NCBI GenBank assembly: GCA_040767965.1
Contig: JAXGNR010000004.1
Coordinates: forward strand, 1-64,000
Reading direction: 5' to 3'
DNA: 64,000 bases
Origin: Atribacterota bacterium
Lineage (GTDB): Bacteria; Atribacterota; Phoenicimicrobiia; Phoenicimicrobiales; Stramentimicrobiaceae
Positions 40,469-51,566 of this stretch are shown in pieces. Both the position numbers and the translations under genes were made by a program. The first letter of the stretch is position 1; every line of letters starts with the position of its first letter. The notes under the pieces are model-generated. The model saw nothing but the letters and a program-made list of their open reading frames with translations. It made no database searches and was not told the DNA's origin.

Positions 40469-40993
40469 ATGGTTTTAGAGGTAATAAAAAAAAGAAAAAG
40501 TATCAGAAGTTATCTGGATAAAAAAATTCCACAGGATGTTTTAAATGAAATAATGGAGGCTGCCAGACTATCTCCTTCTGCAAGCAATAGACAGCCTCGC
40601 AAGTTTATAATTGTACAGGACAAAGAAATGAAACAGAAAATAATGCAGGCTAGCGTATTGCATGGTAATTTGCAGCCATTCATTGCAGATGCTTCTGCAA
40701 TCCTAGTCGCCTGCGGGACCTATACAACCCATATTATGCCTGGAGGAGTACATTCTTTTCCGGTTGATGTTGCTATTTCCCTTGATCATATTAGTTTGCA
40801 GGCTGCTGAACTAGGATTGGGCACTTGCTGGATTGGTGCTTTCAGCCAGGAAAAGATTAAAGAATTATTAGGTATCCCTGAAAATGTAACTGTGGTCTGT
40901 TTGATGACACTCGGGTATCCGGCTGCACCTGGCATGGACAGAGGTAGAAAAAAGCTTGAAGAGATTATATGTTATGAATATTATAAAGAATAG
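40469..40993 (+). CDS. Nitroreductase family protein
   Basis: RKSIRSY, SPSASNRQP, LGTCWIG, LGYP. Confidence 0.92.
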   Translation: MVLEVIKKRKSIRSYLDKKIPQDVLNEIMEAARLSPSASNRQPRKFIIVQDKEMKQKIMQASVLHGNLQPFIADASAILVACGTYTTHIMPGGVHSFPVDVAISLDHISLQAAELGLGTCWIGAFSQEKIKELLGIPENVTVVCLMTLGYPAAPGMDRGRKKLEEIICYEYYKE

Positions 40994-41198
40994 TGTTTCT
41001 ATATTGCTACATGCTATCAAATAAAAGTAACATTATCGTTAATTTGAAAATATATATTTGCACATGTGCCTAAAAGAGATAAAGATAATAGAATTTTAAA
41101 GGAATATTTCAGATAATTTAGAAAATAATAAAAATTTCCATAGTTTTACTATCTCAAAAAACAATAACAAGGGGTATATAATTATATTTTTCAAATAT

Positions 41199-41783
41199 TT
41201 GGGTTATAGATTATTAATTGATCCTCTTCTGGCAAGCACTAGAAAAAATATTGCCGCTTTAATAAATCCTGATGTAGAAATTCTGGATCTAGGATGCGGT
41301 ACCGGAGAGTTGGTTTTTGAATTATCTCATAAAGTAAAAAAAGCTGTCGGGTTAGATATAGATGAAAATATGATAAAATATGCTCAGCTGAAAAAAGAAA
41401 GACTTGCCCTTGAAAATATTGAATTTATAAACAAGGACATTAATGATAGAAGTATTTTAACAAAAAATAAATTTGATTTTATTGTATTATCAATGTTTTT
41501 ACATCAGCTAAAGAAAAAAGAAGCAGATGAAATAATAAGCTTGATTAAAAATATGACTAAGAATATTATTTTTGCCGACTATATGTCACCTTTGCCAAAA
41601 ACTATTGCAGGAAAAGGAGCGAAAATAATTGAAAGAATTGCAGGAGCAGAACATTCCAAAAATTTTAGGGATTATCAACATTTAGGCGGGTTGTCCTACT
41701 ATTTAAAATTCCATCAATTAAATCCTGTTTTTAAAAATATTACCGGTTTAGGTTTAATTAAAATTGTCAACTGTTCTCTTTAA
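41199..41783 (+). CDS. Class I SAM-dependent methyltransferase
   Basis: ILDLGCGTG; start codon uncertain. Confidence 0.85.
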   Translation: MGYRLLIDPLLASTRKNIAALINPDVEILDLGCGTGELVFELSHKVKKAVGLDIDENMIKYAQLKKERLALENIEFINKDINDRSILTKNKFDFIVLSMFLHQLKKKEADEIISLIKNMTKNIIFADYMSPLPKTIAGKGAKIIERIAGAEHSKNFRDYQHLGGLSYYLKFHQLNPVFKNITGLGLIKIVNCSL

Positions 41784-41834
41784 GTTTTTTGAAGTATTTT
41801 TATAAAAATATAATTAAAAGGTAGGTGAAAGACA

Positions 41835-42647
41835 ATTTTACAATTACTCGAAACATTCCATCCGGTTACACAGGCCTTCTTGGCTGGTCTTTTTACCTGG
41901 CTAATGACTGCTTTGGGAGCAAGTGCAGTATTGTTTTTTAAAAATATAAATCAGAAATTATTAAATTCCATGCTGGGTTTTGCTGCCGGAGTAATGATTG
42001 CTGCAAGCTACTGGTCTTTGTTGGCTCCAGCAATTGAATTAGCTGAAGAAGGCCCAGTGCCTGGTTGGCTCCCTGCAGCAGTTGGTTTTTTGTTAGGAGG
42101 GTTATTTCTGAGAGGAATTGACTTAATATTGCCACATTTGCATCCAGGTTTACCGATGAAAGAAGCAGAAGGAATTTCAACTTCCTGGAAAAGAAGTACT
42201 CTGTTAATTCTAGCAGTAACTTTACACAATATTCCAGAAGGCCTGGCAGTAGGGGTGGCTTTTGGAGCAGTGGCGGTTGGGCTGCCTTCCTCTTCTTTAA
42301 TGTCTGCAATAGCTCTGGCTATTGGAATTGGAATTCAAAATTTTCCGGAAGGTATGGCGATCTCTATGCCTTTAAGAAGAGAAGGAATGTCTAGAATAAG
42401 AAGCTTCTGGTATGGGCAGCTGTCAGGTGTGGTGGAGCCAATCTCATGTGTAATAGGAGCCTCTATGGTTTTACTGGCCCGGCCTATACTTCCGTATGCA
42501 TTATCTTTCGCTGCCGGTGCTATGATATTTGTAGTGGTTGAAGAATTAATTCCAGAATCACAGCAGGGAAATAATTCTGATTTGGCAACAATGGGCGCAT
42601 TATTAGGTTTTACGATAATGATGATCCTGGATGTGGCCTTAGGTTAA
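41835..42647 (+). CDS. ZIP family metal transporter (ZupT/GufA-like); possible ATT start at 41835, annotated TTG at 41880
   Basis: 'GFAAGVM', 'HNIPEG', 'QNFPEG', 'EELIPE'. Confidence 0.9.
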   Translation: MLQLLETFHPVTQAFLAGLFTWLMTALGASAVLFFKNINQKLLNSMLGFAAGVMIAASYWSLLAPAIELAEEGPVPGWLPAAVGFLLGGLFLRGIDLILPHLHPGLPMKEAEGISTSWKRSTLLILAVTLHNIPEGLAVGVAFGAVAVGLPSSSLMSAIALAIGIGIQNFPEGMAISMPLRREGMSRIRSFWYGQLSGVVEPISCVIGASMVLLARPILPYALSFAAGAMIFVVVEELIPESQQGNNSDLATMGALLGFTIMMILDVALG

Positions 42648-42734
42648 TGTTGATTTTAAATATGTGAATATTTTATTATTCACCAGCATTCACCAGCCTT
42701 ATTTTTCTTATATAGAGGAATTTAATTTACAAAA

Positions 42735-43715
42735 ATGCTAAATAAATTGTTATTTTTACTTTTTCTTATTTTTTTTGGTATCATCTTAGGATATTTTATT
42801 CAGTATCTGGATGAAAAAAAGAAAACAAATTTTCCTGTTAAGAGAGAAAAAATCAGGAAGAATTTGCAAAAGATATTTTTTTTCCTTTTTTCTCCAATCT
42901 CTATAATTGGAGCAATCTGGGTTGCCAATATTCAAAATATTAAAGCTATTTATGTGCCGATGATGGGCTTAACTGCCTTTTTTTTAGGGGCTATTTTTGC
43001 ATATATAGGAGCCAGATTTTTAAAATTATCAAAACCAAACACCGGTCTTTACATAATTAGCGGTTCTTACTCTAATATCGGATCTATAGGAGGACTGGTT
43101 TGTTTTGCTTTTTTCGGAGAAGCAGGGTATGCCTTGACTCCTATTTATAATTTTGTTCTTCCGGCTATTTACTTTGCCCTTGGTTTTCCTATTGTCAAAC
43201 ACTTCACCAACAATTATGAAAAAAAAGAAAGTGTAATTTCACGTTTTCTAACAGCAATTACAGATCCTTTTGTTCTTTTCCCCATAGGAAGCATTACAAT
43301 TGGTTTGTTGTTAAATTTTTCTAATATAAGCCGTCCCCCAATTTATGGAAATATAATCGCTGTCACCGTACCGGTAGGGAATTTTTTAGTGCTGGTTTCA
43401 ATTGGTTTAGAACTAAAAATATCAAAAGTGAAAGATTATCTCAGGGAATGTGCAGTGCTTTCATTGATTAAATTTTTACTGATACCATTTTTTACAACTA
43501 TAATTGCCTGGAGATTAGGGTTAGGTGAAATTGCCAATGGGCTTCATTTAAAAGTGGTAATTGTGCTTTCTTCGATGCCAGTAGCTCTAATTGCCCTTAT
43601 ACCTTCATCTCTTTATAACCTGGGCTTAAATATGGTTAACTCCTGCTGGTTGTTTACCACTGCTGCCATGATTTTTGTTATTCCTGTATTATATTTTTTA
43701 GTAAACTTGTTTTGA
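42735..43715 (+). CDS. AEC (auxin efflux carrier / malate permease-like) membrane transporter
   Basis: About 10 TMs; 'SN.GSIGG', 'IKFLLIP', 'SSMPVA'. Confidence 0.7.
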   Translation: MLNKLLFLLFLIFFGIILGYFIQYLDEKKKTNFPVKREKIRKNLQKIFFFLFSPISIIGAIWVANIQNIKAIYVPMMGLTAFFLGAIFAYIGARFLKLSKPNTGLYIISGSYSNIGSIGGLVCFAFFGEAGYALTPIYNFVLPAIYFALGFPIVKHFTNNYEKKESVISRFLTAITDPFVLFPIGSITIGLLLNFSNISRPPIYGNIIAVTVPVGNFLVLVSIGLELKISKVKDYLRECAVLSLIKFLLIPFFTTIIAWRLGLGEIANGLHLKVVIVLSSMPVALIALIPSSLYNLGLNMVNSCWLFTTAAMIFVIPVLYFLVNLF

Positions 43716-43895
43716 TATTATTTAACAAGAAAAATTATTGTGAATACATAGCATTTATTATATTTTTATTAACCTTTATCTTATATGCCCAATTCAACAA
43801 AGATGAATAAAAACCAATGATGATTGGTTGGTGAAATTGAAATATCCTTTTTGTTTTGCTATAGTAAATTTACAAAGTAAAATGGAGGGAAAGTT

Positions 43896-45002
43896 GTGGA
43901 AGAACAAATTGTATGGGTTGATTTTGACTTGCTGGAAAATTTTATGGTTGATACTTTTAAGGGAGTTGGTGTACCGGAAGAAGATGCAAAAATATGTGCT
44001 GATGTTTTAATTACATCTGACAAAAGAGGGATAGATAGCCATGGGATAGGCAGATTAAAACATATATATTATGATCGCATCAGAAAAGGAATTCAATCTC
44101 CTTTCACTAAATTTGAAATTATAAAAGATAATTTAACCACTGCAGTTGTTGATGGCAATAATGGGATGGGGCAGGTAATTGCTAAGAAATCAATGCAATT
44201 AGCAATTGAGAAAGCAAAGAAATATGGCATGGGAATGGTTGCTGTCAGGAATTCAACTCATTTTGGTATTGCAGGTTATTATGCCCTGATGGCAGAAAAA
44301 GCAGGCATGGTAGGAATTTGTGGTACTAATGCAAGACCTTCAGTTGCTCCCACTTTTGGTGTAGAAGGAATGTTAGGTACCAATGCCTTTACTTTTGCTT
44401 TTCCTACAGATGAAGAATTCCCATTTTGCCTGGATTGTGCTACTTCTATGATGCAAAGAGGTAAGGTAGAATTATATGACCGCGAGGAAAAAGAAATCCC
44501 GGCAGGATGGGTTATTGGTTCAGATGGTCAGACCCGGACAGACACCAAAAAAATATTAGAAGATTTTAAAAAAGGAGAAGCTGCTCTGGTTCCTCTGGGT
44601 GGCAGAGGAGAGGAAAATGCCGGTTATAAAGGTTATGGTTATGCGACTGTAGTGGAGATATTATCTGCAGCCTTACAGGAGGGTAAATTCCTAAAAATGT
44701 TATCTGGTACAGAAGATGGAAAAGAAGCTCCTATTAATCTGGGCCATTTCTTTCTTGCTATTAATATTTCATTTTTTATTGAATTGGATAAATTTAAAAA
44801 GATTACCGGAGATATCTTAAGAACCCTCCGTTCTTCTGAGAAAGAACCGGGTGCAGAACGGATTTATACTGCTGGCGAAAAGGAATATGTTGCCTGGCTG
44901 GAAAGAAAAGAAAATGGAGTCCCGATAAATAAGAATTTGCAAAAATTATTGCTGCAGATCAAAAATGAATTAAATTTGATGGATTATAATTTTCCTTTTT
45001 AA
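43896..45002 (+). CDS. Ldh_2 family (type 2 malate/L-lactate dehydrogenase-like) oxidoreductase
   Basis: GIDSHG, VDGNNGMG, NSTHFG, GTN, GYKGYG. Confidence 0.9.
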   Translation: MEEQIVWVDFDLLENFMVDTFKGVGVPEEDAKICADVLITSDKRGIDSHGIGRLKHIYYDRIRKGIQSPFTKFEIIKDNLTTAVVDGNNGMGQVIAKKSMQLAIEKAKKYGMGMVAVRNSTHFGIAGYYALMAEKAGMVGICGTNARPSVAPTFGVEGMLGTNAFTFAFPTDEEFPFCLDCATSMMQRGKVELYDREEKEIPAGWVIGSDGQTRTDTKKILEDFKKGEAALVPLGGRGEENAGYKGYGYATVVEILSAALQEGKFLKMLSGTEDGKEAPINLGHFFLAINISFFIELDKFKKITGDILRTLRSSEKEPGAERIYTAGEKEYVAWLERKENGVPINKNLQKLLLQIKNELNLMDYNFPF

Positions 45003-45065
45003 AAAATATAACCTTATATAGTTTAGGGTATATCTGTATTATTTATAATAGAAATAATTGGAGGA

Positions 45066-46178
45066 TTGTTAATGGATGAACAAATTGTATGGATAGATTT
45101 TGAGTTATTGGAAAAATTTATGATAGATACTTTCAAAAAAATGGGGTTAAATGAAAAAACTGCTCAGATATCATCTGATATCTTAATTTCTGCTAATAAA
45201 GCCGGAATAGATTCTCATGGAATAGACCGATTAAAAACATATTATTATGATAGATTAAAAGATGGAACAATTTCCAGGGAAGTAAACATGGAGATTGTTA
45301 ATGATCGGGATACTACTGCAGTTGTCGATGGTCATGGAGGAATTGGTATGGTTATTGGCAAAGAAAGCATGCAACTAGCCATAGAAAAAGCCAGAAAATA
45401 TGGTTTAGGGATGGTAGTAGTAAGAAATTCCAATCATTATGGATTTGCAGGATACTATGCGAAAATGGCCATAGAAAATGATATGATCGGTATAACTGGC
45501 ACTAATACTCAGCCATATGTTGCCCCTACCTTTGGTGTGGAAAATTTATTAGGAACTAATCCTTTAACTTTTGGCATTCCCACAGATGAAGAATTTCCAT
45601 TTATCTTAGATTGTGCAACAACAGTAACTGCTTTAGGGAAAATTCAGTTATATGAGAAATTAAACAAAATATTGCCTGATGGTTGGGTTATGGATGAAAA
45701 AGGAAATATTATGCATGATGCTGAAAAAGCACATCGGGATATTTTGGATAAAAAAGCCACTCTTCTGCCTTTAGGTGGAAAAGGAGAAGAAAATGCCGGT
45801 TACAAAGGTTATGGTTATTCTACAGTAGTAGAAATTCTTTCATCAGCATTACAAGAAGGCGATTATTTAAATAAGATAATTGTAAAAGAAAAAGGGAAGA
45901 ATGATAAAAAATCAATTGGCCATTTCTTTATAGTTATCAATATTTCTTTCTTTATCAATATAGAAGCCTTTAAACTAATCGCTGGAAATATTTTACGGAA
46001 CTTACGCGCTTCTAAGAAAGAACCGGGTGCAGAACGAATTTATACTGCTGGTGAAAAAGAATATCTTACCTGGCTGGAAAGAAAAGATAAAGGTGCACCA
46101 GTAAATAAAAAAATGCAAGAACAATTATTAACTATACAGCATGAATTACAATTAAATCAATACAATTTTCCATTTTAG
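45066..46178 (+). CDS. Ldh_2 family oxidoreductase, tandem paralog
   Basis: Same motifs (GIDSHG, NSNHYG, GTNP, GYKGYG); start likely ATG 45072. Confidence 0.9.
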   Translation: MLMDEQIVWIDFELLEKFMIDTFKKMGLNEKTAQISSDILISANKAGIDSHGIDRLKTYYYDRLKDGTISREVNMEIVNDRDTTAVVDGHGGIGMVIGKESMQLAIEKARKYGLGMVVVRNSNHYGFAGYYAKMAIENDMIGITGTNTQPYVAPTFGVENLLGTNPLTFGIPTDEEFPFILDCATTVTALGKIQLYEKLNKILPDGWVMDEKGNIMHDAEKAHRDILDKKATLLPLGGKGEENAGYKGYGYSTVVEILSSALQEGDYLNKIIVKEKGKNDKKSIGHFFIVINISFFINIEAFKLIAGNILRNLRASKKEPGAERIYTAGEKEYLTWLERKDKGAPVNKKMQEQLLTIQHELQLNQYNFPF

Positions 46179-46301
46179 CTTTTAGGTGGATTTTTTAATA
46201 CAATATTAAATATTGTTATTTCTTTGGTTGACAGTTTAGATGTTAATCGTTAATATTGATATGTTTTTTTAATAATCAAAAGAAAGAAGGTAAAATATTA
46301 A

Positions 46302-46976
46302 TTGCTTTTTTTATTTCTATTTTATATATTTTTAATGCCTCTATTTCTATTTTTTATTATTGCAGTAATCTTTTTGCCATATGGTTTTACTTTTTATTCT
46401 TTTATAACCTTAATTTCAGTTCCTAAACAGATCTGGAGAATCGCTAAAAGCCATAACCTGAGAAGAAACCATGCTCTGGAACATGCTACTATTAATATTT
46501 TAGAACATCAGGCTGGACAGCGTCTTAATATTTCCGGTTTATCAAGAGAAGACGGATTTTTTATTGCTGGTATTCAAAATCCGGAAATGGTTGAAAGTGC
46601 GGCTTCACAAGGTTTGACATTATTAAAAAAGGGAAATTGTCAGCTGGCAATTCATAGGCGTTGTGGTACAGATTTAGCTATTGCCAGTTTCATCAGTGCT
46701 TTAATTTTTTTGATTTTACTTGTAACCACAGGCATGTTCAGTATTTTTAGTATTATTATTGCCTTACTTCTTTCTAACATAGTCAGTCCTTACTTTGGAG
46801 AATATGTACAGAAATATTTTACTACCTCTTGTGATGTAAAAAACATGCAGATAGTTGGCCTGGAGTATGAAATAGGAAGACAGGAAGAGTCAAATATTCT
46901 CTTAAGGCATTTTCCGAGAGGATTTTTTGTCAGAACAGATTACATTTATGATATAAAAGAAATAGGAATAGGCTAA
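46302..46976 (+). CDS. Membrane protein, DUF6391-like
   Basis: 'RRNHALEHATI', 'LAIHRRCGT' motifs with TM segments. Confidence 0.65.
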   Translation: MLFLFLFYIFLMPLFLFFIIAVIFLPYGFTFYSFITLISVPKQIWRIAKSHNLRRNHALEHATINILEHQAGQRLNISGLSREDGFFIAGIQNPEMVESAASQGLTLLKKGNCQLAIHRRCGTDLAIASFISALIFLILLVTTGMFSIFSIIIALLLSNIVSPYFGEYVQKYFTTSCDVKNMQIVGLEYEIGRQEESNILLRHFPRGFFVRTDYIYDIKEIGIG

Positions 46977-47010
46977 TTAAAAATATAAAAAAGTTAAAAG
47001 GTTTACAATA

Positions 47011-47325
47011 ATGATAAAAAAAGAAGGTGGAACAGGACAGAAAATATTACTTGTGAATATTAAAAAAGTCGGCTTTGTTCATTTGCATGGATTAGAGAAT
47101 TATCAGAAAAAAAGTAACATTGATTTATGTTTTTTTGTTACTCCAGTTAAGCCTTATGATAATGTACTAAATTATGCCAAAAAAATTGATTTTTTAGAAA
47201 TAGTAATTTCAGAAAATTCCCAGGAAGAATATAAGAAAATTGTCCAGAAATATACTAATGCTAAAATTATTTCAATCGATCCCTATCAACTTGCCGGCAG
47301 AGACGGGATGCTTGATGGAGGCTAA
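47011..47325 (+). CDS. Hypothetical protein
   Basis: 104 aa ORF filling the gap in a co-directional cluster; no motif recognised. Confidence 0.55.
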   Translation: MIKKEGGTGQKILLVNIKKVGFVHLHGLENYQKKSNIDLCFFVTPVKPYDNVLNYAKKIDFLEIVISENSQEEYKKIVQKYTNAKIISIDPYQLAGRDGMLDGG

Positions 47326-47354
47326 TAATTCAAGAAAAGGGAGGGGGAAACCAG

Positions 47355-47573
47355 ATGAAACAAATAGATAAATTAGACATTACTGATAACAAGAGGTTAG
47401 TATTATCCATTGGAGAATTCAGAGGATCTCAGAGGGTTGATTTGAGAACATTTGTCAAATTAAAAGATCAGGATGAATATGTTCAAACTAAAAAGGGAAT
47501 TAATTTTAATGCTGAATGGGTAGATGACTTTATTAAAATGGTAGAAAAATTAAAAGATGCTAAATTTGAGTAA
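47355..47573 (+). CDS. PC4/YdbC-like ssDNA-binding protein
   Basis: 'EFRG..RVDLR', 'TKKGI'; strong RBS. Confidence 0.8.
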   Translation: MKQIDKLDITDNKRLVLSIGEFRGSQRVDLRTFVKLKDQDEYVQTKKGINFNAEWVDDFIKMVEKLKDAKFE

Positions 47574-47663
47574 TACTGCTAAAACATCTTGCAAATAAAA
47601 ATAAGCTTTACACTTTCTTAAATCTGTACTATCAGGTAAGCTAGAAAGACAAAGATTACTAGT

Positions 47664-48752
47664 TTACCTGATAGTGAAAAGCCAGGAATATTTTTTTTGT
47701 ACATCATTTTCTCTGTCATAAGTGCTTATTTGGGCAATCCAGGTTCTTTTCTGTAAAAGTTTAGGAGCAACTGGTGTAAATGATATTTCTTGTAATTGAT
47801 CAGAATAGTCAAAATCCAATAATCCCGAACCGCTTAATCTGAAGTTCAGGTTATTTGGACTTATATTGGAATTTTTAAGGAGAACACCTATTGTTGTCGA
47901 CTGATTGTCAGTTACAGTTCCATCAGCAGGGAAAATTCCTTTTACCTCCAAGGGTTTCTCTTCTAATATGGATTTAAATAAATCTAAAGAGCATTCTGCC
48001 GCAATAATATAACGGTTAAGGTTATATTGGTCTATTGATGAAACAGAATTATTCATACTATTTACATTCAGCAAGACCTGATAATCAGCCTCTATAGCCA
48101 GATCTCTGATCTGTTCACTGTAAACCCCATAAGGATAAGCAAAAGAATTTACGGGACTGTTTGTTTTTCTTTCCAAAATAGACTTAGAAAGAAATATTTC
48201 TCGTCGAATCCTCTCCAGATACTCAGGATAAGTTTCGTCTGTTTTTATATGGAGCAAGTTGCAATGGCTAATGCTGTGTGAACCAATCTCCATTCCATTT
48301 TTTACCATTTCTTCTACCTCAATCCATGATAATTGATTTGGTCCGTTATTAATAAAATCAACATACAGGTAGAAGGTTGCGGGAATTTGATATTTTTTTA
48401 GCAAGGGGAAGGCCTGAGTATAAGCCGATTTAAATCCATCATCAATAGTGATTAGAACAGGTTTTTCCGGGAAGAATCCATTATCAATACAATTTAAGAG
48501 TTGGGACACGGTAATGGCCTGGTATCCGTTATTTTTTAAAAAAATTAATTGTTGCTCGAAACGATCAATATTAATAGTATAATCATCAGGGCTTTCTCCC
48601 AGGCAAAATTTATGATAAGTCAGGATAGGTATTATGGTATTTTTTGTATAAGTTGATGCAGAACAAATAAAAGGTGTTCCCAATAAAATAATTATCAGGA
48701 TCTGTAAAAAAATATAAAAATTTTTTGGAAGCATGATTTTTTTAAAAAGCAT
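47664..48752 (-). CDS. Polysaccharide deacetylase (CE4), exported
   Basis: PILTYH, ITIDDG, IGSHSISH, FAYPYG. Confidence 0.9.
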   Translation of the reverse strand: MLFKKIMLPKNFYIFLQILIIILLGTPFICSASTYTKNTIIPILTYHKFCLGESPDDYTINIDRFEQQLIFLKNNGYQAITVSQLLNCIDNGFFPEKPVLITIDDGFKSAYTQAFPLLKKYQIPATFYLYVDFINNGPNQLSWIEVEEMVKNGMEIGSHSISHCNLLHIKTDETYPEYLERIRREIFLSKSILERKTNSPVNSFAYPYGVYSEQIRDLAIEADYQVLLNVNSMNNSVSSIDQYNLNRYIIAAECSLDLFKSILEEKPLEVKGIFPADGTVTDNQSTTIGVLLKNSNISPNNLNFRLSGSGLLDFDYSDQLQEISFTPVAPKLLQKRTWIAQISTYDRENDVQKKYSWLFTIR

Positions 48753-49019
48753 TTTGTTATCTTCGTCAGAATTTTACTTATTTATTTAACTAAAATAGGG
48801 GAAAACTATTTTAGTTAATATTATAGCAAACATCCAGACAATTTAAAAATTATCTTTGATATTCCTTCTTAAGACTAATCCTATACTTTTAAATACAAAT
48901 TATTGCCATCAAATGTTTGGTTTTAGATTTTATAAGTTTGTTTGTTTATAATGAGGTAATTAATTTTAAATTAAAGTAGAACTTGTATTGTTTTCTGTGT
49001 AGAATATATATAAAAAATA

Positions 49020-49520
49020 TTGATAAGGAGAATGGATATGGAAATACAAACAATCAAGCTGGATTTTCCTGAAGAGGCAAATGTTATACTGGGACAGACT
49101 CATTTTATTAAATCTATAGAAGATTTATATGAAATAATGGTATCTTCAGTGCCAGGCATGAAATTCGGCATTGCTTTTAATGAAGCCTCCGGTCCCTGCT
49201 TAATCAGGGCAGAAGGGAATGACATGAGGTTAAAAACTTTGGCAATTAATAACATGAAAGAAATAGGTGCAGGCCACGCCTTTATTATAATTATCCAAAA
49301 TGCCTTTCCCATTAATATATTAAATGCCATTAAACAATGTCCTGAAGTATGTCGCATTTTTTGTGCAACTGCCAACCCAACAGAAGTAGTTGTAGGAGAA
49401 ACAGAACAGGGGCGTGGTATTTTAGGCGTGATTGATGGTTTTTCTCCAAAGGGAATCGAAAAAGATGAAGATGTGGAAAAGAGAAAAAAATTCTTAAGAA
49501 CAATTAATTATAAATTATAA
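49020..49520 (+). CDS. Adenosine-specific kinase family protein
   Basis: '[14 protein letters not shown]', 'FNEASGPCL', 'IFCATANP', 'GVIDG'; start likely 49032-49038. Confidence 0.85.
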   Translation: MIRRMDMEIQTIKLDFPEEANVILGQTHFIKSIEDLYEIMVSSVPGMKFGIAFNEASGPCLIRAEGNDMRLKTLAINNMKEIGAGHAFIIIIQNAFPINILNAIKQCPEVCRIFCATANPTEVVVGETEQGRGILGVIDGFSPKGIEKDEDVEKRKKFLRTINYKL

Positions 49521-49556
49521 AATAAAAAATGTAGTTTTAAGAAAGTTGATTAAAAA

Positions 49557-50309
49557 GTGATTCAAGTAAAAAGCCTTTCGAAAGTATTTTATGATAAAAA
49601 AAATGGCGAGATAACTGCAGTAAACAATATCAGTTTTACCTGCAAAAAAGGTCAGATATTTGGTTTATTAGGCCCAAACGGAGCAGGGAAAACTACGACC
49701 TTACGCATTTTAGCAACAATGCTATCACCAACAAAGGGGAAGGTGACTGTTAATGGATATGATGTGGTCCAAAAATCTCATCAGGTAAGGCAAAGTATAG
49801 GGTTTCTATCCAGCGAAACTGGCCTGTACGATAGATTCACTCCCCGTGAAACCGTACAGTTTTTTGGCAGGATTAATGGCCTGGATGAAAATACAATAGA
49901 AAAACAAATGGCAAACATTTTTAATATTTTAGGAATGAATCATTACAAGAATACCCGTGTAGATAAATTATCCACCGGGATGAAGCAAAAACTATCTATT
50001 GCCAGAGCAATTATTCATAATCCACCTGTATTAATTTTTGATGAACCTACAGTAGGATTAGATGTTATAACTGCCAGAACGGTGATTGATTATATCAGAG
50101 AGTTTAAGCAAATGGGAAAGTGTATTATCTTTTCTACCCATCAAATGAATGAAGCTGAAAAATTATGTGATGAGATAGCCATTATTCATTTTGGAAAACT
50201 ATTATCTGCAGGATCATTAAATGATTTTCAAAAAAATAATCCAGCAAAAGACTTGGAAGAAATATTTTTCCATTTAATCAAAACAGAGAGCAGTAAGAGC
50301 AGTATATGA
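49557..50309 (+). CDS. ABC transporter ATPase (NatA-like)
   Basis: GPNGAGKTT, LSTGMKQK, FDEPT, STH. Confidence 0.9.
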   Translation: MIQVKSLSKVFYDKKNGEITAVNNISFTCKKGQIFGLLGPNGAGKTTTLRILATMLSPTKGKVTVNGYDVVQKSHQVRQSIGFLSSETGLYDRFTPRETVQFFGRINGLDENTIEKQMANIFNILGMNHYKNTRVDKLSTGMKQKLSIARAIIHNPPVLIFDEPTVGLDVITARTVIDYIREFKQMGKCIIFSTHQMNEAEKLCDEIAIIHFGKLLSAGSLNDFQKNNPAKDLEEIFFHLIKTESSKSSI

Positions 50310-51505
50310 GTTACAAAAATATTCATTTAATTTACAAAAAGGAACTCCTGGGTGCCATTAGAGACCGAAGAACTTTAATCAGTATGATTATTATTCCACT
50401 AGTCTTTTATCCTCTTTTATTTTTAGGGATAGGTTATTTTACATTAGTAGGGCAGGAAAAAACACAAATTCATCCTTCCCAGGTTGCTATTAAAGGTGAA
50501 GAAAATGCACCTCTGCTGAAAGAACTACTATCCGATGATGACCGGATAAAGCTGGTCTTTTACCAGGAAGGGGAAATAGTAGAAAATAAGATTAATGAAA
50601 AAGAATTAAATCTATTATTAGAAATCTCTGAAGATATACAAATTGAAGGAGAGCAGGCAACTACTCAGGAAATTATTATTAAGTATGATTCTACAATTCA
50701 GCGTTCCCAGGTAGCTGTTAAAAGAGTAGCAGACTTAGTGGAAAAATACAGGCAAAGAATAATTGAAGATAGGTTGGGACAATTTGGAATTGATATCAAT
50801 TATATTGAACCCCTAGAAGAGCAGTTGATTGATGTTTCATCAGAAGAAAGAAAAATTGGCTCTATGCTGGGGATGCTTTTGCCATACATAATTGTAATTC
50901 TTATTTTTATGGGTGCTATGCACTCGGCAGTAGATATAACAGCAGGAGAGAAAGAGAGAGGCACCCTTGCTACATTGCTGGTAAGCCAGGTAAGCCGCCT
51001 GGAAATTGTTATCGGAAAGTATTTAACAGTGATGACAGTTTCAGCAACCAGCATGCTGCTTGGCTTGATTGGATTAGGTATTGCCCTTCTTGCACCGGCT
51101 TATAGCATGGGAGAATTCTCTTTTGTGGAAGTAAGTTTTTCACCTTCCATGTTTTTCTTGTTTTTCCTGGTTCTAGCACCATTAGTTAGCCTCGCTAGTG
51201 CTGTATTATTGCTAATAGGAATCTTTGCCCGTAATAATAAAGAGGCCTCAACTTACGTAACTCCGATTTATATGATGTCTATTTTTTTAGGAATGATTTC
51301 TCTTACCCAGGGAATGGAACTAGCAGGACCTATGTTTTATATTCCCATTTTAAACAACAGTGTTACTTTCAAAGAATTATTAATGGGAAACATAAATTGG
51401 GCTCATATCATAAATACTATGGTAAGCAATGTAGTAATAGCCTTGCTAGCCTTATTTTTATCAGCAAGGTTATTTACTAAAGAAAGTGTGCTTTTCCGAA
51501 GCTGA
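50306..51505 (+). CDS. ABC transporter permease (NatB-like)
   Basis: 'KKEL...RDRRT', 'AGEKERGTL..LL', ATGA overlap with ATPase. Confidence 0.88.
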   Translation: MSYKNIHLIYKKELLGAIRDRRTLISMIIIPLVFYPLLFLGIGYFTLVGQEKTQIHPSQVAIKGEENAPLLKELLSDDDRIKLVFYQEGEIVENKINEKELNLLLEISEDIQIEGEQATTQEIIIKYDSTIQRSQVAVKRVADLVEKYRQRIIEDRLGQFGIDINYIEPLEEQLIDVSSEERKIGSMLGMLLPYIIVILIFMGAMHSAVDITAGEKERGTLATLLVSQVSRLEIVIGKYLTVMTVSATSMLLGLIGLGIALLAPAYSMGEFSFVEVSFSPSMFFLFFLVLAPLVSLASAVLLLIGIFARNNKEASTYVTPIYMMSIFLGMISLTQGMELAGPMFYIPILNNSVTFKELLMGNINWAHIINTMVSNVVIALLALFLSARLFTKESVLFRS

Positions 51506-51566
51506 AAACATCATCAACCATTAATAGAGCAAAAATGATAAAAATTTTTAAGGAATATTATATAAG

